Positions 10,125 to 17,481 of a stretch of DNA of 64,000 nucleotides are shown here, one piece after another. Under the pieces are notes generated by a model. That model ran no database searches. It was not told where the DNA came from and saw only the letters and a program-made list of their open reading frames with translations. The stretch is from Chlorobiota bacterium (GTDB lineage: Bacteria; Bacteroidota; Bacteroidia; Bacteroidales; VadinHA17). The position numbers and the translations under genes are program-made. Position 1 is the stretch's first letter. Each line of letters begins with the position of its first letter. The stretch lies in NCBI GenBank assembly GCA_013152085.1, contig JAADHC010000006.1, forward strand, positions 2,372-66,371, in the 5' to 3' direction.

Positions 10125-12218
10125 ATGCCACACATCCTTTTTCCTGCTGTACTTAGTTTCTTTCTGGCAACTTTCCCTTTACACACAAAGCCTGCCTATG
10201 AAAGACCCCAGGCTCCGCAGTTATCATTTTTTAAGTTTGATTCCATTGATATTCTACATTATACGATAAACCTGGACATCCCGGACATTTTATCCGGAAT
10301 GATATATGGCGTAACCGATGTGCAGCTGAATCCTCTGGCGGATTCTATCAAATCAGTTACGCTGGAGTTCCAGGGCCTTTATACCGATTCGGTATGGATA
10401 GACGAAGAACGGGTCAGATCTTTTTCTGCCCATGACAAATATCTGGATATTCATCTTTCCGAAGCCTTAATAAAGGGGACAACCAGCATACTTACGGTTT
10501 TTTATCATGGTAAACCTTTAAAGGATCCTCACTGGGGCGGGGTTTATTTTGTAAAAGGAACCGCGTATGTTATGGGGGTCTGTTTGTCTATGATTCCACA
10601 TTCTGCAGGAAGATTATGGTATCCGTGTATTGATGATTTCCGTGAAAAATCGTCTTACGATTATTTTATCACCGTTGCTGACAGTCTTATTGTTGCATGC
10701 CCGGGGGTGTTAAAAGAGATCATCCCTGCAAAACAGAAGGAAAAGACCTACCACTGGCAGATGGAACAACCCATTTCCACCTATTTATCGTCATTTGCCA
10801 TTTCGAATTATGCCGTTCTCAAAGATACTTTAGCGGGTTTAACCCACGATATTCCGGCCAGTTATTTTGTTCCCGGAAAAGATTCTTCCAAAGCAGTAAA
10901 AACTTTTTCCCATGTCCCTGTATATCTGAGAACCTTTGAATCCCTGTTCGGCCCTTATCAATGGGAGAAGATTGGTTACGCCGGCGTTCCTTTTCCTCAT
11001 GGAGCCATGGAACATGCAACATGTATTTTTATCCCTGATGCTGCTATTGACGGGACTCTCCATGCCGAAGATCTGCTTGTACATGAATTCGCCCATAGTT
11101 GGTTTGGGAATCTGGTAACCTGTGCCACAGATTCGGATATGTGGCTTAATGAGGGTTTTGCTTCCTATGCGGTGGCGCTTTATCATGAAGCTATAAACGG
11201 AAAATCAGCCTATAAAGATTATATCAGGCATCTTCACAGAAAGACTTTGCAGTTTACTCATATTGAAGATAATGGTTATTATTCTGTTGCGGGGATACCC
11301 TATTCGCTAACTTATGGCAGTACCGTTTATGATAAAGGTGCGGATATGATCCATAATTTAAGGTACTATCTGGGCGACCGCCTTTTCTTCGAATCCATGC
11401 AGCTATATTTGAAACAATTTGCCTTCGGTAATGCCTCAACTTCCGATCTTGAAAGTTTCCTGGCGGAAAAAACACATAAACCGATGGGGGATTTTTTTAA
11501 TACGTGGATTTATCTCCCCGGATTTCCGCATTACGCCATTTCAGGCGTTTCCATCGATTCGGTATACGGCGGGTTTATCTCCCACATCCGCATAAAACAA
11601 CGGCTTATAGGCCGGAACGATTTCAGTTACCATACGCCTCTCGAAATCTCACTGATGGATTCATTATGGGATACAGAAAATAATGAAATTATCCTGTCGG
11701 GAGAAGAAGAAACTTTTTCCATTTTCACCCCGTTTAAACCCGGTTTGATTCTGCTGGATAAAAACGAAAAAGTAAACGACGGAACCACCAAAGAATATAA
11801 AATCCTGCATAAACCAGGAAACTATGCTTTTGATGACTGTCTTTTTAATCTGGAAGTAAAGCAAATCAGCGATTCTGTTTTTTTCAGGGTGGTTCACCAT
11901 TGGATAGGTGCCGACACAACGAATGTGCCTGATGGGTTTACGGTTTCCCCGGATCGCTACTGGAGTATTGAAGGGATATTCCCCGGGGATTTTTATGCCA
12001 CGGGAAGCTTTGAATATAATTTCACCCATTCATTTCGTAATGGGTGGCTGGATACATCACTTCCTTACAGTGACAATAAAAAGCTCGTTCTTCTCTACCG
12101 GTCTTCGCCGGAAAGTCCCTGGAAGGAGATTCCGGATACGCTTTCAGGCAATTACCAGGAAGGACACATAGACGTTTCTCCTGTCCTGCCCGGCGATTAT
12201 TGTTTGTCCGTAAAATAA
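10125..12218 (+). CDS. M1-family (aminopeptidase N-like) zinc metallopeptidase, secreted
   Basis: HEFAHSWFGN (HExxH) followed by WLNEGFASY. The start is placed at MPHILFPAVLSFF (signal peptide) rather than the ORF-track start at 10056, which would overlap purQ by 68 nt. Confidence 0.85.
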   Translation: MPHILFPAVLSFFLATFPLHTKPAYERPQAPQLSFFKFDSIDILHYTINLDIPDILSGMIYGVTDVQLNPLADSIKSVTLEFQGLYTDSVWIDEERVRSFSAHDKYLDIHLSEALIKGTTSILTVFYHGKPLKDPHWGGVYFVKGTAYVMGVCLSMIPHSAGRLWYPCIDDFREKSSYDYFITVADSLIVACPGVLKEIIPAKQKEKTYHWQMEQPISTYLSSFAISNYAVLKDTLAGLTHDIPASYFVPGKDSSKAVKTFSHVPVYLRTFESLFGPYQWEKIGYAGVPFPHGAMEHATCIFIPDAAIDGTLHAEDLLVHEFAHSWFGNLVTCATDSDMWLNEGFASYAVALYHEAINGKSAYKDYIRHLHRKTLQFTHIEDNGYYSVAGIPYSLTYGSTVYDKGADMIHNLRYYLGDRLFFESMQLYLKQFAFGNASTSDLESFLAEKTHKPMGDFFNTWIYLPGFPHYAISGVSIDSVYGGFISHIRIKQRLIGRNDFSYHTPLEISLMDSLWDTENNEIILSGEEETFSIFTPFKPGLILLDKNEKVNDGTTKEYKILHKPGNYAFDDCLFNLEVKQISDSVFFRVVHHWIGADTTNVPDGFTVSPDRYWSIEGIFPGDFYATGSFEYNFTHSFRNGWLDTSLPYSDNKKLVLLYRSSPESPWKEIPDTLSGNYQEGHIDVSPVLPGDYCLSVK

Positions 12219-12240
12219 TCTTTTCTGGGAGCAAAAGATT
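12217..12240. terminator. Candidate bidirectional hairpin between convergent genes
   Basis: AATCTTTT-ctgggagc-AAAAGATT, an 8-bp AT-rich stem that starts in the M1 peptidase stop codon. The flanks are A-rich and T-rich, but there is no long U-run. Confidence 0.3.
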
Positions 12241-12252
12241 TTAACTATAGTG

Positions 12253-13872
12253 TCAATCTATTATAATGTGTTGATTTTTTGGATATTTTACCGAAAACGA
12301 AAGATTCAGCTTTTGTGTCTGTCCGGGGTTAAGATGAAGGTTCCAGGTACATTTACCATCAGCAGGATTGATCTTTGCCCCCGAAGATTCCAACGTTTCC
12401 ACTTCGATCTCCTTCCGTTTTGATACCGGGATCTGTTCTTCAACCAGGATGTTGATCCCTGTTTTCTTTCCATTCCTTATACTTATTTCCCATCCGTGTG
12501 TTTCCTTAATGCTGCTACCAAGCATCTGTTTCTGTGTAAAGTCCAACCGTTTCTTACGCTCAATGCTGATACTCCTGTCACGCCCCAGGGAAAGTTCGAG
12601 GGTATCTGATGTGTTCCGGACGTTCAGAAAAGCATCTCCAACATAGGTTCCCTGGAAAAACATGTGCATTTTCCCCGAAAGCAGGTTGTATTTTCCCCAG
12701 TCATGAACCAGGGCTACAAGGAAAGCATCACGGTCGAGTTTTGGGACGACATAATACCTGTAATCTACCGGCAGGGTGTATGTTGCCACCAAAACCCGCT
12801 GTTCCTGGTTATCAGAAGCTATGGTAAAAGGCGCCTCAATAGTAAATTGTACCGATGTCTGGGATTCTGATTGTTGTACAACCGGCGTTGATGCTTCTGG
12901 TATTGCTTCAGGAGCTTCGTATACATCACGTGCCAAAACAGATTTTCTGGAAATATTCACTCCTGCGATTTTACCTTGAAGGCCCTTGCTTACCGGTGAA
13001 GGATAATAAAAATCCAGGTACCATGGATAAAGTGTCGGCTTTGTACCTCCCAGAGACGGATTTCCTGTTGACAGTATCAGTTTCACATTTTCCCATTTTT
13101 CTCCGGTGTTTTGTTTGATAACGCCACGATATTGCATATTCATTGGTTTGGCAATGTCGGTTACCCTGATATCATATTCGGGATGCCACGAAGCCTGCGG
13201 TACATAATATTCCAGTGTGAAAAATGCCTGTTGTTCTTTCACGGAAGAAATGTCGGCAACAATCTCCATGACAGGTTTCTTTGCATTTGCCTTATAGGTT
13301 TGCAGTTGTTTTGTGATCTTTTTAATCTCCTCATCCAGCTTTTTCTGTTGTGATTTCAGGGTAATTCGTTTGTCGGCGATTTCAGAAAGGCGGGCAGTAT
13401 AGAAGTCCAGCGCTGCCTTCCATTCCGAAACCTGGAGGGTGGACTGGTCTCCACGGATCGATTGATTTGCTTTAAGCATGGACTCTTCGTCTTTGAGTAT
13501 CTTTAAAAGTGCAATATTTTTTTCCTTCTTCAGTTTCAGTCCGTCCAGTTTTTGGTTAAGTGCAACATATCCAGGATCTTTCTCCGGATGCTTTAAATAA
13601 TTGGTACGGTGTTTTACTGAAAGGATGGTAAAAGAACCTTTTCCTTGTAATTGAATGGTTTGGGGATTGATCCCCGCTGGAAGAGGAGAAAAAACAACCT
13701 GGCTGGCGCCGGCGGGAATCATAACCCCGGATTCGCGTATAACCTGTGCTCCCTGAAGGAAAACGGTTACCTCCCGGATACTGGATTTTACTGCTATTTC
13801 TTTTGCGGAAACCATTTCCGGCCAGGGATGCAACATGATTGCAGCCATAAAAAAGAATATCTTCCGTTTCAT
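12253..13872 (-). CDS. DUF4139/MuiA-like secreted protein
   Basis: 539 aa. Signal peptide, a central coiled-coil and a beta-rich C-terminal part. The overall architecture resembles the mucoidy-inhibitor-A/DUF4139 family. Assigned from memory of the family, not from a search. Confidence 0.6.
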   Translation of the reverse strand: MKRKIFFFMAAIMLHPWPEMVSAKEIAVKSSIREVTVFLQGAQVIRESGVMIPAGASQVVFSPLPAGINPQTIQLQGKGSFTILSVKHRTNYLKHPEKDPGYVALNQKLDGLKLKKEKNIALLKILKDEESMLKANQSIRGDQSTLQVSEWKAALDFYTARLSEIADKRITLKSQQKKLDEEIKKITKQLQTYKANAKKPVMEIVADISSVKEQQAFFTLEYYVPQASWHPEYDIRVTDIAKPMNMQYRGVIKQNTGEKWENVKLILSTGNPSLGGTKPTLYPWYLDFYYPSPVSKGLQGKIAGVNISRKSVLARDVYEAPEAIPEASTPVVQQSESQTSVQFTIEAPFTIASDNQEQRVLVATYTLPVDYRYYVVPKLDRDAFLVALVHDWGKYNLLSGKMHMFFQGTYVGDAFLNVRNTSDTLELSLGRDRSISIERKKRLDFTQKQMLGSSIKETHGWEISIRNGKKTGINILVEEQIPVSKRKEIEVETLESSGAKINPADGKCTWNLHLNPGQTQKLNLSFSVKYPKNQHIIID

Positions 13873-13941
13873 GATTTAATTGATTTTCAGGTTAAATGTT
13901 TCTCGAGCCTTCCAGGTAAAACTACAAAAAACAGGCCATTC

Positions 13942-14778
13942 TTAAGGGAAAACGACTTGTTCCCAGGAGAGATTTCCACCCGTTAATGAGAATAATAAAT
14001 AGCCATGTTCCCCTTTGTCAAGATCATGGGGATACATAGATCCTACTATAAAATGGTGAAGTCCGTTTAAGGTTTGATGCTGGAAAGTATGCAAATGGCC
14101 ACCGATATAAGTGTAAACATTATATTTATGGAGCAGCCATAGAAGTTTGTAACGTTCTTCAGCAGAGGGTAATCTCCAGATCGAAGGCACCAGATCGTCG
14201 TATAAAGGGTAGTGGGTAACAACGATTTTGTACTTTTCCTGGCTGTTCTTCAACGCTTTTTCAAGCCAGGAAAATTGTTCTTTTCCAACCGTACCTGTAG
14301 ATGTGTCCAGAAAGATAAGCCTCAGTAAACCGGATATTCCCACGCTAAAACACGACGGGCCAAAATAGTTTTTCCAGCTTTCCCAGCCATCCGTCTGGTA
14401 AAGATCATGATTCCCGATCGTTACATACCAGGGAATTTCCAGGTTCTGAAAATCAGTCCGGCAATTTTCATATTCTTCAGGAAGGCCGTTATCGGTCAGA
14501 TCTCCTGCGACTATGAAAAAATCTATCCCCTGCTGGTCAATATCATTTTTAAGCTTGTTGAATAAATGATCGTTTTTCTCTGTGATATGAATATCACTGA
14601 AAACAGCAAATTTCAATGATAAACTGTCTGCAAAACGGGTATTAAAAACAGGGGAAAGAAGATGACTTTCCAAAACCCGGGTACGAACACTTTCATGGAT
14701 AAAAAAGGCATTGATGTCCTTTTTGCAGGAAGTCAGGTTTAAAACAGCAAGAAATATAATGATCCACCGTTTACCCAT
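13942..14778 (-). CDS. Metallophosphoesterase lipoprotein
   Basis: 278 aa. Lipobox LTSC and calcineurin-like motifs FSDIH, GDLTDNG, GNHD and GGHLH. Confidence 0.8.
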   Translation of the reverse strand: MGKRWIIIFLAVLNLTSCKKDINAFFIHESVRTRVLESHLLSPVFNTRFADSLSLKFAVFSDIHITEKNDHLFNKLKNDIDQQGIDFFIVAGDLTDNGLPEEYENCRTDFQNLEIPWYVTIGNHDLYQTDGWESWKNYFGPSCFSVGISGLLRLIFLDTSTGTVGKEQFSWLEKALKNSQEKYKIVVTHYPLYDDLVPSIWRLPSAEERYKLLWLLHKYNVYTYIGGHLHTFQHQTLNGLHHFIVGSMYPHDLDKGEHGYLLFSLTGGNLSWEQVVFP

Positions 14779-14779
14779 G

Positions 14780-15574
14780 TTAAAAACGGATTTTTATTCC
14801 GGCATTCGCCTGAATTTCATTTATACTAAATACAAATCCTGAAATCCCTTTTACAGCAGAAATGAGCTGAAGTCTCAACTGTACTGCCGGACTTAAAGTA
14901 TAAGCCCCATCCAGTCCAAACATCCAATGATCAATGGTTCTGAAGTTCATAAAAAAATAATTGCCGGTTATGAAAGTCAGCATGTGTTGATTACGGTTCA
15001 TAAACTGCCAGGATAAGTTAAACAACGGAAAAAGCTCATCTGTTTCGTGGGTCCAGTCAAACGGGGAATGAACCTTTTGATCAGCGAAATCAGGTGAACG
15101 GTATCCCATCCCCGTATGAATACCTACCCGGCGGATTGCCGATACGTAAACCAGGGCAACAACTTGATTTTCACCGGTTGAATAATCCGGGTATTCCAGG
15201 TGGGCGGCGTCAACATGAAAAGTCATCCAGGGAAAAAGACCGGGAATGTTTTGTAACGAAAGGGCTACTGTTCCTAAACCCCTGTTTTCGTTTAAATGTA
15301 GCCGTATACCCAGGAAAAGGGTAAGCCGGTTGGGGAATGTATATGATGAAATATCCTGTAGTGAAATCCTGTTGGAGACTCCGGATTCGTATTGATAAAA
15401 AAAGGACGGGCTGGTCGTAAATCCGGTATCGGGATGTGTCTCTTCAGCAGAAAGAGATAAAATGGAGAAAAAAAATAAAAATAGGGATAAAACCACTTTG
15501 GAGGGAATCGGGAATAACCTGTCTGATAACCTGTCTGGAGGGGATTGATATTCTGACGGAACAAGCATAAACAT
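14780..15574 (-). CDS. Hypothetical outer-membrane beta-barrel-like protein
   Basis: 264 aa. Hydrophobic signal-like segment, alternating beta pattern and a C-terminal ...GIKIRF aromatic end. 1 nt upstream of the metallophosphoesterase gene. Confidence 0.5.
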   Translation of the reverse strand: MFMLVPSEYQSPPDRLSDRLFPIPSKVVLSLFLFFFSILSLSAEETHPDTGFTTSPSFFYQYESGVSNRISLQDISSYTFPNRLTLFLGIRLHLNENRGLGTVALSLQNIPGLFPWMTFHVDAAHLEYPDYSTGENQVVALVYVSAIRRVGIHTGMGYRSPDFADQKVHSPFDWTHETDELFPLFNLSWQFMNRNQHMLTFITGNYFFMNFRTIDHWMFGLDGAYTLSPAVQLRLQLISAVKGISGFVFSINEIQANAGIKIRF

Positions 15575-15754
15575 ATTTTAATGGCATATATTTTATAGTT
15601 CAAAGATAGGATTTAATGGAAAGCCACGAATTCACAAATTTCAGGTTAATTTTTTTTTTACCACGGCGTTTCCGGTTCTGGCAAAATTGGTCATAGGAAA
15701 AGGTTGAAGTATAACAAACCCGGTAGTAAAGGATGTTTTAACAGAAACAGACCG

Positions 15755-15849
15755 GAATACTACCGGCCATCTTTTTCTGATTCAATAATATATACCGTAA
15801 CAGGAGGTTTCACGGTTTATCTAATTGTGTGGAGGCTAGGGGAGTCGAA
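15755..15849 (-). repeat. Direct repeat copy A (tRNA-Ala 3' 20 nt + 16-nt spacer + first 59 nt of GIY-YIG gene)
   Basis: 94/95 nt identical to 16124..16218 at an offset of 369 nt. The single difference is t15761 versus c16130. Confidence 0.95.
15760..15813 (-). pseudogene. Truncated 5' fragment of a GIY-YIG nuclease gene
   Basis: Encodes (GTG)MKPPVTVYIIESEKDGR, then TAG. The intact copy has TGG (Trp) at that codon. Similarity to the intact gene ends a few nt later. Confidence 0.7.
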
Positions 15850-15912
15850 TGCATGCCGCCCTGCGGGCGAGCACACTCGAATCTGTCAGATGACAGATTC
15901 GGTGCCCCTGAC
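15830..15912 (-). pseudogene. tRNA-Ala 3' fragment (variable loop/T-stem ... acceptor 3' end) interrupted by a 55-nt insertion
   Basis: On the minus strand the order is GTCAGGGG, then 55 nt, then TTCGACTCCCCTAGCCTCCA. The flanks match positions ~46-53 and 54-73 of the adjacent tRNA-Ala. Confidence 0.7.
15850..15904 (-). other. 55-nt hairpin-rich insertion at the T-stem/T-loop junction
   Basis: Minus strand CACCGAATCTGTCATCTGACAGATTCGAGTGTGCTCGCCCGCAGGGCGGCATGCA. It has a 10-bp GAATCTGTCA/TGACAGATTC stem, a CGAG-TGTG-CTCG stem and a CGCCC-GCA-GGGCG stem. Confidence 0.8.
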
Positions 15913-16182
15913 ATCTGTAAAAACAAATTTTTCTTTTTGAATATACTCCAGGATTCTTGCTCTGGATTTCAAATTTTTAATTCTGCGTTCACACCTTAAA
16001 GCTTCTGTACGGGTTATAAATTTCTTAGATGCAAATAAATGCCAGGGAGTAAACTTTTTGGTATACGTTGAATAACCCCGGTTGTGTTCATGAATTCGTT
16101 TATCGGGGTGCATGGACTGGCCCGAATACCACCGGCCATCTTTTTCTGATTCAATAATATATACCGTAACAGGAGGTTTCAC
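15886..16182 (-). CDS. Small GIY-YIG nuclease family protein (UPF0213/COG2827-like)
   Basis: 98 aa with a GTG start 16 nt after the tRNA-Ala 3' end. GIY-YIG core VYIIESEKDGRWYSGQS...KRIHEHNRG...PW...RTEALRCERRIK. The last ~9 codons and the stop lie in the tRNA fragment and hairpin. Confidence 0.85.
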   Translation of the reverse strand: MKPPVTVYIIESEKDGRWYSGQSMHPDKRIHEHNRGYSTYTKKFTPWHLFASKKFITRTEALRCERRIKNLKSRARILEYIQKEKFVFTDVRGTESVI

Positions 16183-16218
16183 GGTTTATCTAATTGTGTG
16201 GAGGCTAGGGGAGTCGAA
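16124..16218 (-). repeat. Direct repeat copy B
   Basis: See copy A. Covers the 3' 20 nt of the intact tRNA-Ala, the spacer and the GIY-YIG 5' end. Confidence 0.95.
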
Positions 16219-16274
16219 AACCCCTGACCTTTTGGCTGCCAGCCAAACGCTCTAGCCAACTGAGCTAAGCCCCC
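16199..16274 (-). tRNA. tRNA-Ala (anticodon GGC) with an atypical 9-nt T-loop
   Basis: Hand-folded sequence GGGGGCT TA GCTC AGTTGGCTA GAGC G TTTGG CTGGCAG CCAAA AGGTC AGGGG TTTTCGACT CCCCT AGCCTCC A. It has the G3:U70 Ala identity pair and no encoded CCA. The T-loop has two extra T residues relative to the canonical 7 nt. Confidence 0.8.
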
Positions 16275-16311
16275 AAAATAAAGAAAGAACATTCCAAAAT
16301 AGCCTGCACTA

Positions 16312-16430
16312 CAAACGCTCTAGCCAATCCCGAAACGGTTGAAATCTTTGATTTCATGACCGTTTCGAGGACTCTCGATTTGCCGGCGGAATCGAAGATT
16401 CCGGGCAAACCGGAGCTGAGCTAAGCCCCC
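16312..16430 (-). pseudogene. tRNA-Ala 5' fragment (positions 1-31) interrupted by an 88-nt insertion in the D-loop
   Basis: On the minus strand the order is GGGGGCTTAGCTCAG, then 88 nt, then TTGGCTAGAGCGTTTG. It then diverges, with no anticodon loop, T-arm or 3' acceptor. It shares the ATTTT 5' flank with the intact gene. Confidence 0.75.
16328..16415 (-). other. 88-nt double-hairpin insertion between tRNA positions 15 and 16
   Basis: Hairpin 1 is TTTGCC-CGGAATC-ttc-GATTCCG-(cc)-GGCAAA. Hairpin 2 is CGAAACGGT-ca-TGAAATC-aaa-GATTTCA-ACCGTTTCG. It also contains TCGAGAGTCCTCG, similar to TCGAGTGTGCTCG in the 55-nt insertion. Confidence 0.8.
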
Positions 16431-16640
16431 AAAATCCTTAAAGAACCGCTTTAGGAAAGGCAAAAATAATGATTTTTCGGTTTTGCAAGAAAAAAGCCGT
16501 GGAAATAATCAAATTGGTTTAATTTTTGCATTAAAATTATGTGTAAAAGTTATGCAGCAATAACCTATTAATGAAAAAAAAATTCAGATGTTTGTTTTTG
16601 CTGTGAGATTTAATAATTTTATAGCCTAAAATTTTGAACA

Positions 16641-17324
16641 ATGGAACTAAAAAAATCGGACAAAGCAAACCTCGAGAAGCGTACTTCCATCTTTCTTGAG
16701 ATTGGACTGGTTGTTTCCATATCACTGGTTCTTATTGCTTTCGAATGGACCAGCTCTGGATACAAGACCAATGAATATGACACGGGAGGATCCGAGCAGG
16801 CTGAAGAAGAAATCGTCCCCATTACCCGCCAGGAAAAGCCGAAACCCAAACCTCCCGAACCTCCCAAGGTTACTGAAATACTGAATATTGTACAGAATGA
16901 CGTAACCCTTGATGATGAACTTCAGCTTTCAGATCTTGAAGCAGACATCAATACCGAGGTACAGGAAATTAATTATGATGTTCAGGATGAAGAAGATACC
17001 GGTGGTGAGATTTTCTTTATTGTTGAGGATATGCCTACGTTCCAGGGTGGAGACGTTAACAAATTCCGCGCATGGGTAGCCAATCATCTTCAATATCCTG
17101 AAATTGCTGCTGAAAATGGTATCAGCGGAAGGGTTTTTGTAAGATTTGTTGTTGAACCCGACGGTCGTGTTGATAAGGTAGAGGTTATTCGTGGTGTTGA
17201 TCCGGCATTGGATGCCGAAGCAGTACGGGTTGTGAAATCCTCACCCAAATGGTCTCCCGGGAAACAGCGTGGGAAACCCGTACGTGTAGCTTATACCTTC
17301 CCTATTGTTTTCGTTTTACAGTAA
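16641..17324 (+). CDS. TonB family energy transducer
   Basis: 227 aa. N-terminal TM anchor, a Pro/Lys/Glu-rich spacer (KPKPKPPEPPK) and a TonB C-terminal domain (P.YPE.A...GI.G.V.V.F.V..DG.V). Confidence 0.85.
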   Translation: MELKKSDKANLEKRTSIFLEIGLVVSISLVLIAFEWTSSGYKTNEYDTGGSEQAEEEIVPITRQEKPKPKPPEPPKVTEILNIVQNDVTLDDELQLSDLEADINTEVQEINYDVQDEEDTGGEIFFIVEDMPTFQGGDVNKFRAWVANHLQYPEIAAENGISGRVFVRFVVEPDGRVDKVEVIRGVDPALDAEAVRVVKSSPKWSPGKQRGKPVRVAYTFPIVFVLQ

Positions 17325-17338
17325 TAAACAAATAGTTC

Positions 17339-17368
17339 AAAACCCTGGCCTCCCGTCAGGGTTTTTTG
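17339..17368 (+). terminator. Rho-independent terminator after the TonB gene
   Basis: AAAACCCTG-gcctcccgt-CAGGGTTTT followed by TTTG, 15 nt after the stop codon. Confidence 0.8.
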
Positions 17369-17420
17369 TTTATTGTTCCAAAATGATTAATTTTCCTTGT
17401 TCAACCAAATAATCTTATTG

Positions 17421-17481
17421 TGAAACGAACATGAACTGAGCGAAGCGATCTCATGAATAAAATGAATAAAATTTTAAACGT
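17421..17481 (+). promoter_or_regulatory. Conserved leader element, copy A (immediately upstream of lipoprotein gene 17482)
   Basis: Counting 64 aligned nt through the ATG, 57 are identical to the reverse complement of 63919..63979. The element ends at the start codon in both copies and begins TGAAACGAAC. Confidence 0.7.

Noticed and set aside
15704-15940. 78-aa plus-strand ORF across the repeat/tRNA-fragment region.
   Set aside because: It is the antisense reading of the direct repeat, the tRNA fragment and the hairpins. It has no motif, and its frame exists only because of the repeat structure.
15830-16430. Group I intron or tmRNA explanation for the interrupted tRNA-Ala-like sequences and the GIY-YIG ORF.
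   Set aside because: The insertions (55 and 88 nt) are far too short for a group I intron, have no recognisable P3-P8 core, and sit in the D- and T-loops rather than the anticodon loop. The GIY-YIG gene lies outside an essentially complete tRNA. tmRNA is excluded because there is a normal anticodon arm, no tag-peptide ORF or pseudoknots, and the fragments are incomplete.
17421-17450. Reading the TGAAAC start of the conserved leader as a bona fide ECF-sigma promoter.
   Set aside because: CG dinucleotides follow at 14- and 19-nt spacing (CGAA, CGAT), not a CGT-type -10 at 16-17 nt. It is kept only as a speculative option within the leader finding.
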